From Bacteroidia bacterium (GTDB taxonomy: Bacteria; Bacteroidota; Bacteroidia; AKYH767-A; 2013-40CM-41-45): 64,000 bases of DNA. A program made the position numbers and the translations under genes. The stretch is from NCBI GenBank assembly GCA_038230515.1, contig JBBRND010000022.1, forward strand, positions 7,609-71,608, written 5' to 3'. This document shows, in pieces, positions 39,206-48,992 of the stretch. The notes under the pieces are model-generated. The model was not told the DNA's origin and made no database searches. It saw only the letters and a program-made list of their open reading frames with translations. Each line of letters begins with the position of its first letter. The stretch's first letter is position 1.

Positions 39206-39233
39206 CTGACAGGGGAAAAAACTACCTGTCAGG
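39206..39233. repeat. hairpin CTGACAGG-N11-CCTGTCAG(G), second copy of the same dyad
   Basis: Read directly. Confidence 0.6.
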
Positions 39234-39263
39234 AGGTGGGTAGTTAAATTAGCTGTTATTTGA

Positions 39264-39310
39264 TAAAAAAAGAAGCATTGAAAATATTTTCAATGCTTCT
39301 TTTTATTTTT
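39264..39310. terminator. bidirectional intrinsic terminator: A7 - 14-bp perfect-palindrome stem (agaagcattgaaaa/ttttcaatgcttct, 2-nt loop) - T-tract
   Basis: Read directly. No annotated gene ends adjacent to it. Confidence 0.6.
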
Positions 39311-39900
39311 AGGATATGAAAAGCTACCTTATAATCTTAATGTTACTTATATTACTAGAAGGAATTTCTTAAAAGTAGAAATTTAAATTGGTGCTTTGGA
39401 TATAGCTCTGGTATTTTGTTTAATGGAACATCTGCCTCATTATTTACCTCATAGATAAAGAGTTGGGGGAGTTGTGTTTCTATAAGTGATTCCTTAGGGC
39501 AACTACTTTTTTATGTAGCTTATACGATACCGTTACCCGGGTGGAAAGTATAAAGTAAGAAGTAACAAGAGAAGCACTGCATCTGTTTTATCACAGTGGC
39601 TGGCAAAAGCTTTTTGTAAACTCAGAAAACATAGAAAAGCAAAGATTACCTGCTGCAACTGTTTGATGTAACTGCAGGGTGGTTTTTTCATCTTCAAAAA
39701 AAGCACAGCTACCTTACTTTTCGCAGGATGTAGATGTGGACAGTTTGAGTAAAGGAATGTATGTGGTAAGTTTGCTTACCAAGAAGGAGAAGTTGGTTGA
39801 GAAGTTTATAAAGGAATAAAAGAATTTGGAAGTTGTACAACCACCAGTGGCTAGGCTACCTCCCTAAACATTTTAAGATATATTCGCTTCCCATATTTCG

Positions 39901-40638
39901 ATGCGCTACTTCCTCCAACTTTCTTTCAACGGCAAAAACTTTCACGGCTGGCAAATTCAGCAAAATGCACACAGCGTGCAGGCAGAATTGAACAAAGCGC
40001 TCAAGACATTGCTTAATGCAGGAACCGAAACTACTGGATGTGGCCGCACAGATACCGGAGTACATGCAGCAAAGTTTTTTGCGCACTTCGATGCGGTTGA
40101 AATAAAAGATGAAGTAGATTTTGTGTATCACCTTAATGCCTTGCTTCCTTTAGAAATTGCTGTGCAGAAATTAATTCAGGTAGGAGCAGCGGCACATGCA
40201 CGCTATGATGCCGCCTCGCGCACCTACAGGTATTTTATTCATCACAAAAAGAATCCGTTCCTGAACGACAGCAGCTATTTCTTTCCGCTTGATGTTGACA
40301 TTGATTTGATGAATGAAGCTGCAAAAACGCTACAGGAATACAGTGACTTCAGTTGCTTTTCCAAAACTCATACGCAGGTAAAAACCAACATCTGCAAAGT
40401 AGCTTCTGCTTTTTGGAGGAAAGAAAATGAGCAACTCATTTTCGAAATCACTGCCGATCGTTTTCTGCGTAACATGGTTCGGGCAATCGTGGGCACTATG
40501 CTGGAAGTAGGGGAGAAGCACATCACCATTACTGAGTTCAAAGAAATTATCGAAAACAAAAAACGCGCAAATGCCGGTGCTTCCGTTCCCGGCCATGCAC
40601 TTTTTCTGGTGGATGTAATTTATCCCTTTATCAAATGA
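39901..40638 (+). CDS. truA: tRNA pseudouridine(38-40) synthase
   Basis: MRYFLQLSFNGKNFHGWQIQ...GCGRTDTGVHA catalytic Asp motif. Confidence 0.85.
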   Translation: MRYFLQLSFNGKNFHGWQIQQNAHSVQAELNKALKTLLNAGTETTGCGRTDTGVHAAKFFAHFDAVEIKDEVDFVYHLNALLPLEIAVQKLIQVGAAAHARYDAASRTYRYFIHHKKNPFLNDSSYFFPLDVDIDLMNEAAKTLQEYSDFSCFSKTHTQVKTNICKVASAFWRKENEQLIFEITADRFLRNMVRAIVGTMLEVGEKHITITEFKEIIENKKRANAGASVPGHALFLVDVIYPFIK

Positions 40639-40798
40639 AATATTTTAGCCGGCAATTCAATGACGGCCTAATCTTTATTAAATCTTCATCATTTTTTCTT
40701 CTTTTGTAAGATTTCGCCTAAAAAGTAGTGCAACAAAAAAAATCATAATCGGTATTTAATAAGCAGATCAAAGCCGTTCGGCTGCAACTGCGCCACTT

Positions 40799-43700
40799 AT
40801 GAAGAATAAATATTACTTTGTAGCAACTTTTTTATTTTTTCTTTTCGGTTTCAGCATTCTCCATGCCCAGGTTGTAATCAACGAAGTGCAGACTTCTAAC
40901 TTCGGTTCCATTCAGGACGAGAACGGATCTTACGGTGATTGGATAGAACTCTATAACACTGATACCTTATCAATTGATCTTACCGGATACGGATTAAGCA
41001 ATAATGCATCGAAGCCGTTTAAATTCACATTTCCCTCTTTCAATTTACTTCCTCACGATCATGTATTGATTTTTGCTGACAACACAGAGAATACTCTCAT
41101 CGGCACCCATTGGGAAAGTGCTGCAAAAGCAAGTGACTCGTGGCGCTATCGTGCAAATACGACAGCGGCAACTGATACCAACTGGCGTAATCTCTCTTTC
41201 AATGATGCTGTCTGGAGTTGCGGAAAGGGAGCCATCGGTTATGGTGATGGTGATGACAGTACTGTCGTTCCCGCTTGCATTTCCGTTTACATGCGCAAAA
41301 CATTTTCAATTGTTGATACTTCAAAAATTCTTGATGGTGTTTTCAATATGGACTATGATGATGGATTTGTTGCTTATCTGAATGGAGTTGAAATTGCACG
41401 CGTCAATATAGGGCAGCCCGGCATTCGTCCGCTATGGAATAATCATTCTGTTGCTGCCTTTGAGGCGCAAATGTATCAGCACTTGCCCTGCGATTCTGTC
41501 CACCTCTCGCAGAATTTTCTCAGAGGCATTATTAAGAATGGAACAAATGTGCTTGCCATAGAAACTCACAACATAGTAACCAACGATAATGATCTTTCCT
41601 CTATTCCGTTTCTAAGTTTTAGACTTAAAGATTCAACCACCATGTTCAGCCCCGTGCCGGCTTGGTTTCCGAGCACACACCATCCGAAAGATTATTTTCA
41701 TGCAGCATTTAAGCTGAGCAAAACAGGTGAAACAATTTTTCTTACCAATGCTTCTGCTACTCTAGTTGATCAAATAGCAGTTCCCGATCTTGAACTTGAT
41801 AATTCGTATGCAAGGAATACAGATGGAGAAAATCTCTGGAAATATTTCAGCACAGCTACTCCTGATACAGCGAACAGCAACAGCAACGGTTACAGCGGTT
41901 ATGCTACTATTCCGCTTTTCTCGCTTCAGGCAGGATTTTATACCGGAACTCAAACGCTAACCATTACCACGGCTTATCCCGGAGGTGTTATCCGATACAC
42001 TACAAACGGAAACTTACCCAATGCATCATCCCCTCTTTATAATTCGCCTATTTCCATTACTCACACTACTGCTGTTCGTGCAAGAGTGTTCAGTGCAACA
42101 AGTTGTCCGAGTGAGACAGTAACTAATACTTATTTCATCAATCTCGATTGCAAATTGCCTGTATATTCCATTGCCCTAGATTCTGCTGACTTGTGGGATT
42201 ACAACACCGGAATATTTGTGAAAGGTCCGAATGCGAGTCCGAATTCTCCATACTTAGGGGCGAATTACTGGCAAGACTGGGAGAAGTACATGTCACTTGA
42301 ATATTATGACAAGCAAAAAAACCGCGCCTTTAAATTTAATGCAGCTCTTAGCATTACCGGTGGTTGGAGCAGGCGGTTTTATCAAAAATCGTTAGAAGTA
42401 AAATTAAATGATCGGTTCGGCTTGTCAAAAATTCAATACGACTTGCTTCCTGATAAAAGCTGGATAACCAAATGGGACGATTTTTTATTGCACAACACAG
42501 GAAATGACTGTTTCGTAGCTCACATTCGCGATCCGATTATGGAACGGCTCATGAGAGGAACGAACTCCGATTACACTTCCTATGAGCCCTGTCTTCTTTA
42601 TATTAATGGAGCGCAGTGGGGGGTGTATTACACAAAGGAAAATGATGATGATAATTTTGTAAAAGCCGAATATGGTTACAGGAAAGATCAGATTGATCTG
42701 CTAAAGGAAAGCTATCTCTATCCTGACATTGAAATAAAGTGTGGCAGTGATACTGCTTTCAGAGCCATGTACAACTTTGCGATGCACACCAATCCTTCGC
42801 TGGCTTCTTTTTATTCTGGAATGGATTCATTGATTGAACTAAAAAATCTAACAGATTATTTTTCTGCTGAATGTTATTATCCGAATGACGACTGGATGGG
42901 AGGTGTGAACAATAATTTGAAAATGTGGCGACCGAAGAAAACGGGAGGAAGATTTCGCTATATTCTTTACGATCTTGATTTTGGTTTCGGAATGTATGGT
43001 CAACCAAGTGATGATATTCTTGCAATTGCCTTAAACCCAAATCCGCATAATTACAACAGCGATATTTTTCAGAAGTTGCTTCAGAATACTCAATTCAAGA
43101 ATTATTTTATTAACCGTTATGCTGATCTGATCAATACAACATGGCTTCCAACGAATGTTTCCAACGTTGTAAGCGGACTTCAGGATTCAATGCGATACGA
43201 TATGCATTTTCAGTATGACAAGTGGGGAGGAGGAGACACGAATACCTGGAAAACGAATGTGAACGCAATTCTTACATTCAGTAGTGCCCGCCCTGCTTAT
43301 GCCCGTAATCAGATTCAGAGCGATCTCGGAATGACGGGACAGGTTACACTTACTCTTCAGGCATCTCCAGATGGAGCAGGACGAATTCAGATCAGCACCA
43401 TCACTCCTTCAACGCTGCCGTGGAGTGGAGTTTACTTCAACGGAAATCCTGTTACGATAACTGCAATTCCGAATTCCGGCTATACATTTAATCATTGGTT
43501 CAGCAATGTTGCAATTACTGCAAGTGATACAAATAAAAGTGTGACAAGGAATTTTACTTCGAGTGATGTCATAACTGCTTACTTCACTGGCTCGTCTGTT
43601 AGCCCCCAAATTACCATAAGCGAAATAAATTATAATTCCGATTCTGCAAGCAATGCAGGTGATTGGTTCGAGTTGCACAATCTTTCATCTGTTGATCTTG

Positions 43701-46177
43701 ATATTTCTGCCTGGAAAATTCGTGACGATAATGATCATCATGAATTTGTTTTTCCTCTCTCTACAATTCTTTCGGCAAACAATTATCTAGTAGTTTCTGA
43801 GGACACTCAGAAATTTCATTTGAAGCATCCGTCCGTTTTAAATGTAATTGGTGAACTTGGTTTCAACCTGAGTAATGGCGGAGATCAGATAAGAGTCTTT
43901 CAATACAACGATTCGCTTTATCTTTCTCTGGAGTATAGAGATCAATATCCATGGGCCACCTCACCCGATGGAGGTGGCTACACACTCGAGCTGAAAAGTT
44001 CTTCGGGAGATTTGAATGATGGAAACAACTGGTTTGCCGGATGTCTTGGTGGTTCTCCGGGCACTGCCTTCAATGGTCCTTTGGCTATATTCACTACTTC
44101 AGGTGCTACAATGTTTTGTTCTGATGATACGCTCGTTCTATCTGCATCTCAGGTTCCTGATTATACATATCAATGGCAAAAAAATCATACAAACATCAGC
44201 GGAGCTACAACGGATTTTTATCAGCCCACGCAAAGCGGAATGTATAATGTAATGGTTGCGAAAAACGGTTGCTCTTCAATCTCTGATTCAATTTCTGTGA
44301 CAGTTATTAAGCGTGCAGAAATTCCTATTGCAGCTTCCGCTTCGCGATGTGGTAACGGAAGCGTAACACTTTCTGCATCTTCCTCTACAGATACAATAAG
44401 TTGGTACGATAATCAGCAGAATTTATTAGCGACCGGAAACAGTTTTACTACCTCGGCTTTAAGCCAGACAACGATTTATTTTGCGCAAGCAGGATTAACA
44501 TGCGCAAGCGCAATGGTTGCAGATACCGTTACTATCAATACAACTGCTATTGATCCGGTTACAACTAATCAAAGTATTTGCGGGCATGGTGTCATCACTC
44601 TAACTGCAACTTCGAACGATACCGTTAGATGGTACCATGCACCAAACGGGAATTTAATTTCGACAGGTGATACCCTGATAACTCCAGATATTAATCAGAC
44701 AACAATTTATTTTGCGCAAGGGGGAGATGCTTGCAAAAGTAATTTCGTTCAGGCGACTGCAATTGTAAATCCGATTTCTGCCGATCCGATTTCTGCCGAT
44801 CAAAGCCGTTGTGATACAGGAAGCATAACGCTAACTGCAATAAGTAGCGATACAATTCGCTGGTATGATTTGCCAAACGGAAATCTTCTTTCAATAGGAA
44901 ATAGTTTTACTACTCCTTCAATAAATCAAACGGTAACATATTACTTGCGTGCAGAAGGTTATTGTCCCGGCAATTTTATTCCGGTTGAAGCCATTGTGAA
45001 TTTTATTCCGGCTGATCCCGAAACTGCTGATCAAAGTCGGTGTGGGGAAGGAAGTGTAATGCTGGCCGGAACAAGTAGCGATACAATTCGTTGGTACGAT
45101 TCGCCAAACGGAAATATTCTCTCTGCTGGAAACAATTTTGCGACTCCAGTCATAAATCAGACTACAACATATTATGTGCGCACAGAGGGAATCTGTTTAA
45201 GTAATTTTGTTTCGGTTAATGCAATTGTTAATGCAATTCCAGCCGATCCAGGAACTGCAGATCAAAGCCGTTGCGGTGCTGGAAGTGTTACGCTTACTGC
45301 AATAAGCACAGATACCATTCGCTGGTATGATTCCCCGGATGGAAATTTGCTTTTCACGGGGAATAGTTTTACTAGTCCTATTATAAATCGAACAGCAATT
45401 TATTATGCGAGAGCAGAAGGAAGCTGTTCTGGTAATTTTATTTCAGCTTCTGCAATTATCAATTCCCTTCCTGTTGATCCGGTAGTTTCTTCGGGGAGTA
45501 CTTGCGGGGCTGGATCGGTGCTGCTTGCTGCAATTTCAAACGATACTGTTTATTGGTATGATGCTCCGAACGGTACATTGCTTGTAGCCGGAATAACTTT
45601 CCAGACACCGATGCTCACTTCTTCAACAACGTATTTTGCCCTTGCAGCAAATGGCTGCACCGGAAATTTTGTTTCCGCGGCTGCTTATGTATTTCCTGTT
45701 TCTCAGGTTTCTCTCGGCAACGATACCATCATTGAAAGTGGAACAATTGTCAACCTGGATGCGGGCTCAGGTTTTAGTTCTTATTTGTGGAGCACAGGCG
45801 AGGTGTCAGAAATAGTTGCTTTAAACTCCACCGGAAATTATTGGGTCACTGTTACTGACCCAAACGGATGTTCCGCAACGGATACCATTCAGATATTGGT
45901 AACCGTAAATGTGCAGCCGTATGTGTTGGCAGAAGGTGTTCTAATCTATCCTAACCCGACTCATTCAACAATCAGCATCAGTTTTATAAATAGCGGGATG
46001 GAAGATATTTTTCTCCGCCTTGTTGATGAGAACGGAAAGGTAGTATGGAGCGATTTTTCTATAAACCAAAAACGAGTGATGCGAAACATTGATCTCACTC
46101 AATATGCGGGCGGACTTTATGTTTTCCAAATTGCTTCTCCTAAAAGTAAACGCGAATACAAAATCGTGCTGAAATAA
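40799..46177 (+). CDS. giant (1792 aa) T9SS-sorted surface protein with LTD - CotH kinase-like - LTD - 7x roughly 76-aa Ig-like repeats - sorting domain
   Basis: LTD block VVINEVQTSNFGSIQDENGSYGDWIELYN. CotH blocks IRDPIMERLMRGTNSDYTSYEPCLLYINGAQWGVYY and NLKMWRPKKTGGRFRYILYDLDFGFG. Second LTD ITISEINYNSDSASNAGDWFELHN. Repeats SRCGxGSVTLTAxSSDTIRWYDxPNGNLL...AIVNxIPADP. C-terminal tail YPNPTHSTISISF...KIVLK. Confidence 0.65.
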   Translation: MKNKYYFVATFLFFLFGFSILHAQVVINEVQTSNFGSIQDENGSYGDWIELYNTDTLSIDLTGYGLSNNASKPFKFTFPSFNLLPHDHVLIFADNTENTLIGTHWESAAKASDSWRYRANTTAATDTNWRNLSFNDAVWSCGKGAIGYGDGDDSTVVPACISVYMRKTFSIVDTSKILDGVFNMDYDDGFVAYLNGVEIARVNIGQPGIRPLWNNHSVAAFEAQMYQHLPCDSVHLSQNFLRGIIKNGTNVLAIETHNIVTNDNDLSSIPFLSFRLKDSTTMFSPVPAWFPSTHHPKDYFHAAFKLSKTGETIFLTNASATLVDQIAVPDLELDNSYARNTDGENLWKYFSTATPDTANSNSNGYSGYATIPLFSLQAGFYTGTQTLTITTAYPGGVIRYTTNGNLPNASSPLYNSPISITHTTAVRARVFSATSCPSETVTNTYFINLDCKLPVYSIALDSADLWDYNTGIFVKGPNASPNSPYLGANYWQDWEKYMSLEYYDKQKNRAFKFNAALSITGGWSRRFYQKSLEVKLNDRFGLSKIQYDLLPDKSWITKWDDFLLHNTGNDCFVAHIRDPIMERLMRGTNSDYTSYEPCLLYINGAQWGVYYTKENDDDNFVKAEYGYRKDQIDLLKESYLYPDIEIKCGSDTAFRAMYNFAMHTNPSLASFYSGMDSLIELKNLTDYFSAECYYPNDDWMGGVNNNLKMWRPKKTGGRFRYILYDLDFGFGMYGQPSDDILAIALNPNPHNYNSDIFQKLLQNTQFKNYFINRYADLINTTWLPTNVSNVVSGLQDSMRYDMHFQYDKWGGGDTNTWKTNVNAILTFSSARPAYARNQIQSDLGMTGQVTLTLQASPDGAGRIQISTITPSTLPWSGVYFNGNPVTITAIPNSGYTFNHWFSNVAITASDTNKSVTRNFTSSDVITAYFTGSSVSPQITISEINYNSDSASNAGDWFELHNLSSVDLDISAWKIRDDNDHHEFVFPLSTILSANNYLVVSEDTQKFHLKHPSVLNVIGELGFNLSNGGDQIRVFQYNDSLYLSLEYRDQYPWATSPDGGGYTLELKSSSGDLNDGNNWFAGCLGGSPGTAFNGPLAIFTTSGATMFCSDDTLVLSASQVPDYTYQWQKNHTNISGATTDFYQPTQSGMYNVMVAKNGCSSISDSISVTVIKRAEIPIAASASRCGNGSVTLSASSSTDTISWYDNQQNLLATGNSFTTSALSQTTIYFAQAGLTCASAMVADTVTINTTAIDPVTTNQSICGHGVITLTATSNDTVRWYHAPNGNLISTGDTLITPDINQTTIYFAQGGDACKSNFVQATAIVNPISADPISADQSRCDTGSITLTAISSDTIRWYDLPNGNLLSIGNSFTTPSINQTVTYYLRAEGYCPGNFIPVEAIVNFIPADPETADQSRCGEGSVMLAGTSSDTIRWYDSPNGNILSAGNNFATPVINQTTTYYVRTEGICLSNFVSVNAIVNAIPADPGTADQSRCGAGSVTLTAISTDTIRWYDSPDGNLLFTGNSFTSPIINRTAIYYARAEGSCSGNFISASAIINSLPVDPVVSSGSTCGAGSVLLAAISNDTVYWYDAPNGTLLVAGITFQTPMLTSSTTYFALAANGCTGNFVSAAAYVFPVSQVSLGNDTIIESGTIVNLDAGSGFSSYLWSTGEVSEIVALNSTGNYWVTVTDPNGCSATDTIQILVTVNVQPYVLAEGVLIYPNPTHSTISISFINSGMEDIFLRLVDENGKVVWSDFSINQKRVMRNIDLTQYAGGLYVFQIASPKSKREYKIVLK

Positions 46178-46270
46178 TTTCAACAATTTGAGCTCGGAGA
46201 ACGAGGCAAAAAAAGAGCCGATTCACATTACGCGAACCGGCTCCTACTTAGCACACCATGAATCAAAAAA

Positions 46271-46783
46271 TTATTTCCCGAGAGGACGCTTTTTATCCAT
46301 GCGATCTCTCTTCATATCCTGCCTGTCCATTCTATTTTCTTTTATTTTGTCGAGTAGTTCGCGCTTGAAATCTTCCTCGGCACGATACAACTGCGCAACT
46401 TTTTTTATTGGTAACACTTGTTTGAATTGGTTGTGATATTTTTTCAGAAGATCAAGTTCACTTTGTCTGAAACCAAGTTCGGAGTCCACAGCTTTCTCCA
46501 CATCCTTATCAACCATTTCCTCAAAATTCATTTTTGCATTCACTAAATTTTCTCTGCGCGATTTGCGCAATCCTTCAAGTTCATCCTGATACTTATTGTA
46601 CACTGGCCAGAAAACTTTTGCTTCCTCAGGAGTGAGGTTTAATCGATTGGTAAGAAAACCAACCTTCATTGCCTCTACACGCTCACGTGCCTCTCTTGTC
46701 GGTTGATCATCTCGCGGAGGCGGCTGCTGAGCAAACAATGTTGTTGCGGAGATCAAAAGAAATATGAGTAAATAATTTTTCAT
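46271..46783 (-). CDS. periplasmic Spy/CpxP-like (LTXXQ-motif) protein
   Basis: Signal peptide, an LNLTPEEAKVF motif, and a charged helical repeat sequence. Confidence 0.45.
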   Translation of the reverse strand: MKNYLLIFLLISATTLFAQQPPPRDDQPTREARERVEAMKVGFLTNRLNLTPEEAKVFWPVYNKYQDELEGLRKSRRENLVNAKMNFEEMVDKDVEKAVDSELGFRQSELDLLKKYHNQFKQVLPIKKVAQLYRAEEDFKRELLDKIKENRMDRQDMKRDRMDKKRPLGK

Positions 46784-47367
46784 AACTGTTCTGTTATCGA
46801 AGTTAAATCAATGTCGTTGTCAATTAAATAATCCTGCAAGTCAGTATCCTGCGTTTGGGTTGATGAAGGAATCTCATCAGCCAATGCATCCACGAGAGAG
46901 GATTCATCAAGTTGTGCAAGGAATGCTGCATCGAGCTGTTCTGTTTCGCTGAGTTGAGGTGTAGCATAATCAACGCTGATAGTGCGTGTAAAATAGTTTA
47001 CACTAAATACCACTGCCAAAGCAACAGAAGCAAACGCAAGAGAAAATTTTGGTACAGGACGGAATAAAGCTTCTGAAATCCATTCTCTGATTGAAATGCG
47101 TTTTGACTTTTGGTCAATAATGCGCTGCTGAATAATGGTGGGAAGTGATTCAAAATATCCTGTAGGAACTTTAAACGGATTTTTAGTATTCACCGATTCA
47201 AGGTTTGGCAACGGTTCAATCCGCTGCATCACATCGGCATTCAATGAATCGAAATAACCTTCAGGTACCTTAAACGGGTTCTCTATTTTGATTTGAGAAA
47301 GTTCAGGAGCCAGGTTCTTCAACTCATCATTGTTGAACTGTTCGCTATTTGATTTATCTTTTTTCAT
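46780..47367 (-). CDS. putative anti-sigma factor (single TM), cognate to the upstream ECF sigma
   Basis: 4-bp overlap with the downstream gene, central TM segment LAFASVALAVVFSV, duplicated NPFKVPxGYFxSL motif, and position immediately 3' of the ECF sigma gene. Confidence 0.45.
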   Translation of the reverse strand: MKKDKSNSEQFNNDELKNLAPELSQIKIENPFKVPEGYFDSLNADVMQRIEPLPNLESVNTKNPFKVPTGYFESLPTIIQQRIIDQKSKRISIREWISEALFRPVPKFSLAFASVALAVVFSVNYFTRTISVDYATPQLSETEQLDAAFLAQLDESSLVDALADEIPSSTQTQDTDLQDYLIDNDIDLTSITEQL

Positions 47368-47408
47368 TCGCCTAAACTGGCGTTTTGATGGGTTCTGGTT
47401 TGAATGGT

Positions 47409-47954
47409 TTAACGCACAGTAAGATATTTCTCGAGTTTTTTGACAGCATGATGATAGCTCGCTTTCAGTGCTCCTACCGTGAGATTCAGCACTTCTGCAA
47501 TTTCTTCGTATTTCATCGCATCAAAATACTTCATATTGAAAATAATGCGTTGTTGAGTAGGAAGTTTTAACACTGCCTGTTGAAGTTTTAGCATTATTTT
47601 ATCTCCCGTAAAATTAGGATCGCCCGAAAGATTATTCGATAGTTCGTGTTCCACATCAGCAATGGGAACAAAAAACCTTTTCTTTTTATTATTAATAAAT
47701 GTAATTGACTCATTGGTAGCGATGCGGTAAAGCCATGTATAGAGTTGAGAGTCTTGGCGAAAGTTGTCAAGCGATTTCCAAACCTTGATAAAAACATTCT
47801 GAACCACATCATTTGCATCGTCATGATCAATTACCATTCTGCGGATGTGCCAGTATAATCTCTGCTGATATTTCCGCATCAGCAGATTGAATGCGTAACT
47901 GCGAGAACTATAATCACGAAATTTTTCAAGAAGTTCCTGATCAGTGTGTTCCAT
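47409..47954 (-). CDS. ECF-subfamily RNA polymerase sigma-70 factor
   Basis: Region 2 (VVQNVFIKVWKSL...YTWLYRIATNESI) and region 4 (EEIAEVLNLTVGALKASYHHAVKKL). Confidence 0.8.
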   Translation of the reverse strand: MEHTDQELLEKFRDYSSRSYAFNLLMRKYQQRLYWHIRRMVIDHDDANDVVQNVFIKVWKSLDNFRQDSQLYTWLYRIATNESITFINNKKKRFFVPIADVEHELSNNLSGDPNFTGDKIMLKLQQAVLKLPTQQRIIFNMKYFDAMKYEEIAEVLNLTVGALKASYHHAVKKLEKYLTVR

Positions 47955-48023
47955 GAATTGTTTAATGTTTAAAGTTTAAGGATCTAAAGTCGGTTTCTAA
48001 CCTTAAACTTTGCACCCCACGCA

Positions 48024-48992
48024 TTAAACGTATTCAGTTTTTTTTCGACTCAACGCTTTTGTTGCGGCTTCAACAATGTTCGAACTATCTAAGCCATACT
48101 TTACCATCAATTGCTCTGGTGTTCCGCTCTCTCCGAATGTGTCATTTACGGCAACAAATTCCTGTGGTGATGGATGATGTTGCGCAAGTACATGCGCGAT
48201 GGCATCTCCAAGTCCTCCGTTCAGTTGATGTTCTTCAGCAGTAACTAAACAGCCCGTCTTTCGCACGCTATGTATGACGGCCTCTTTATCCAATGGTTTA
48301 ATTGTATGTATGTTGATCACTTCAGCACTGATGCCTTTTGCTTCGAGTGCATCACATGCTTCGAGTGCTTTCCACACAAGATGACCTGTTGCAAAAATGG
48401 AAACATCAGTGCCTTCACTCAACATCAAAGCTTTTCCGATTTCAAATTTTTGATCGAAGGAAGTAAAGTTCTGCACCACCGGTCTTCCGAAACGTAAGTA
48501 AACGGGACCAACGTATTCTGCTATTGCAATTGTAGCTGCCTTTGTCTGGTTATAGTCGCAGGGATTTATCACAACCATGCCAGGCAGCATTCGCATCATT
48601 CCGAGGTCTTCAAGTATCTGATGCGTAGCACCATCTTCACCAAGAGTAATGCCTGCGTGGCTTGCACAGATTTTTACATTCTTTCCGCTGTATGCAATGC
48701 TCTGGCGAATCTGATCATAAACTCTTCCGGTCGAAAAATTTGCAAACGTTCCGGTGAAGGGAATTCTTCCCCCGATGGTTAAGCCCGCAGCAATGCCCAT
48801 CATGTTTGCTTCAGCAATGCCTACTTGGAAAAAGCGATCGGGAAATTCTTTTTCAAACGCATCCATCTTGAGCGAGCCGGTAAGGTCGGCACAAAGTGCG
48901 ACTACGTTTGTGTTTTTTCTTCCGAGTTCCAGTAGGCCAGCACCAAAACCGCTGCGTGTATCTTTCTTGTCAAGTATCGGGTATTTTTTCAT
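48024..48992 (-). CDS. transketolase family protein, C-terminal (pyrimidine-binding) subunit of a split transketolase
   Basis: Length 322 aa. [17 protein letters not shown], and GxTHQ-like ...GEDGATHQ. Confidence 0.8.
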   Translation of the reverse strand: MKKYPILDKKDTRSGFGAGLLELGRKNTNVVALCADLTGSLKMDAFEKEFPDRFFQVGIAEANMMGIAAGLTIGGRIPFTGTFANFSTGRVYDQIRQSIAYSGKNVKICASHAGITLGEDGATHQILEDLGMMRMLPGMVVINPCDYNQTKAATIAIAEYVGPVYLRFGRPVVQNFTSFDQKFEIGKALMLSEGTDVSIFATGHLVWKALEACDALEAKGISAEVINIHTIKPLDKEAVIHSVRKTGCLVTAEEHQLNGGLGDAIAHVLAQHHPSPQEFVAVNDTFGESGTPEQLMVKYGLDSSNIVEAATKALSRKKTEYV

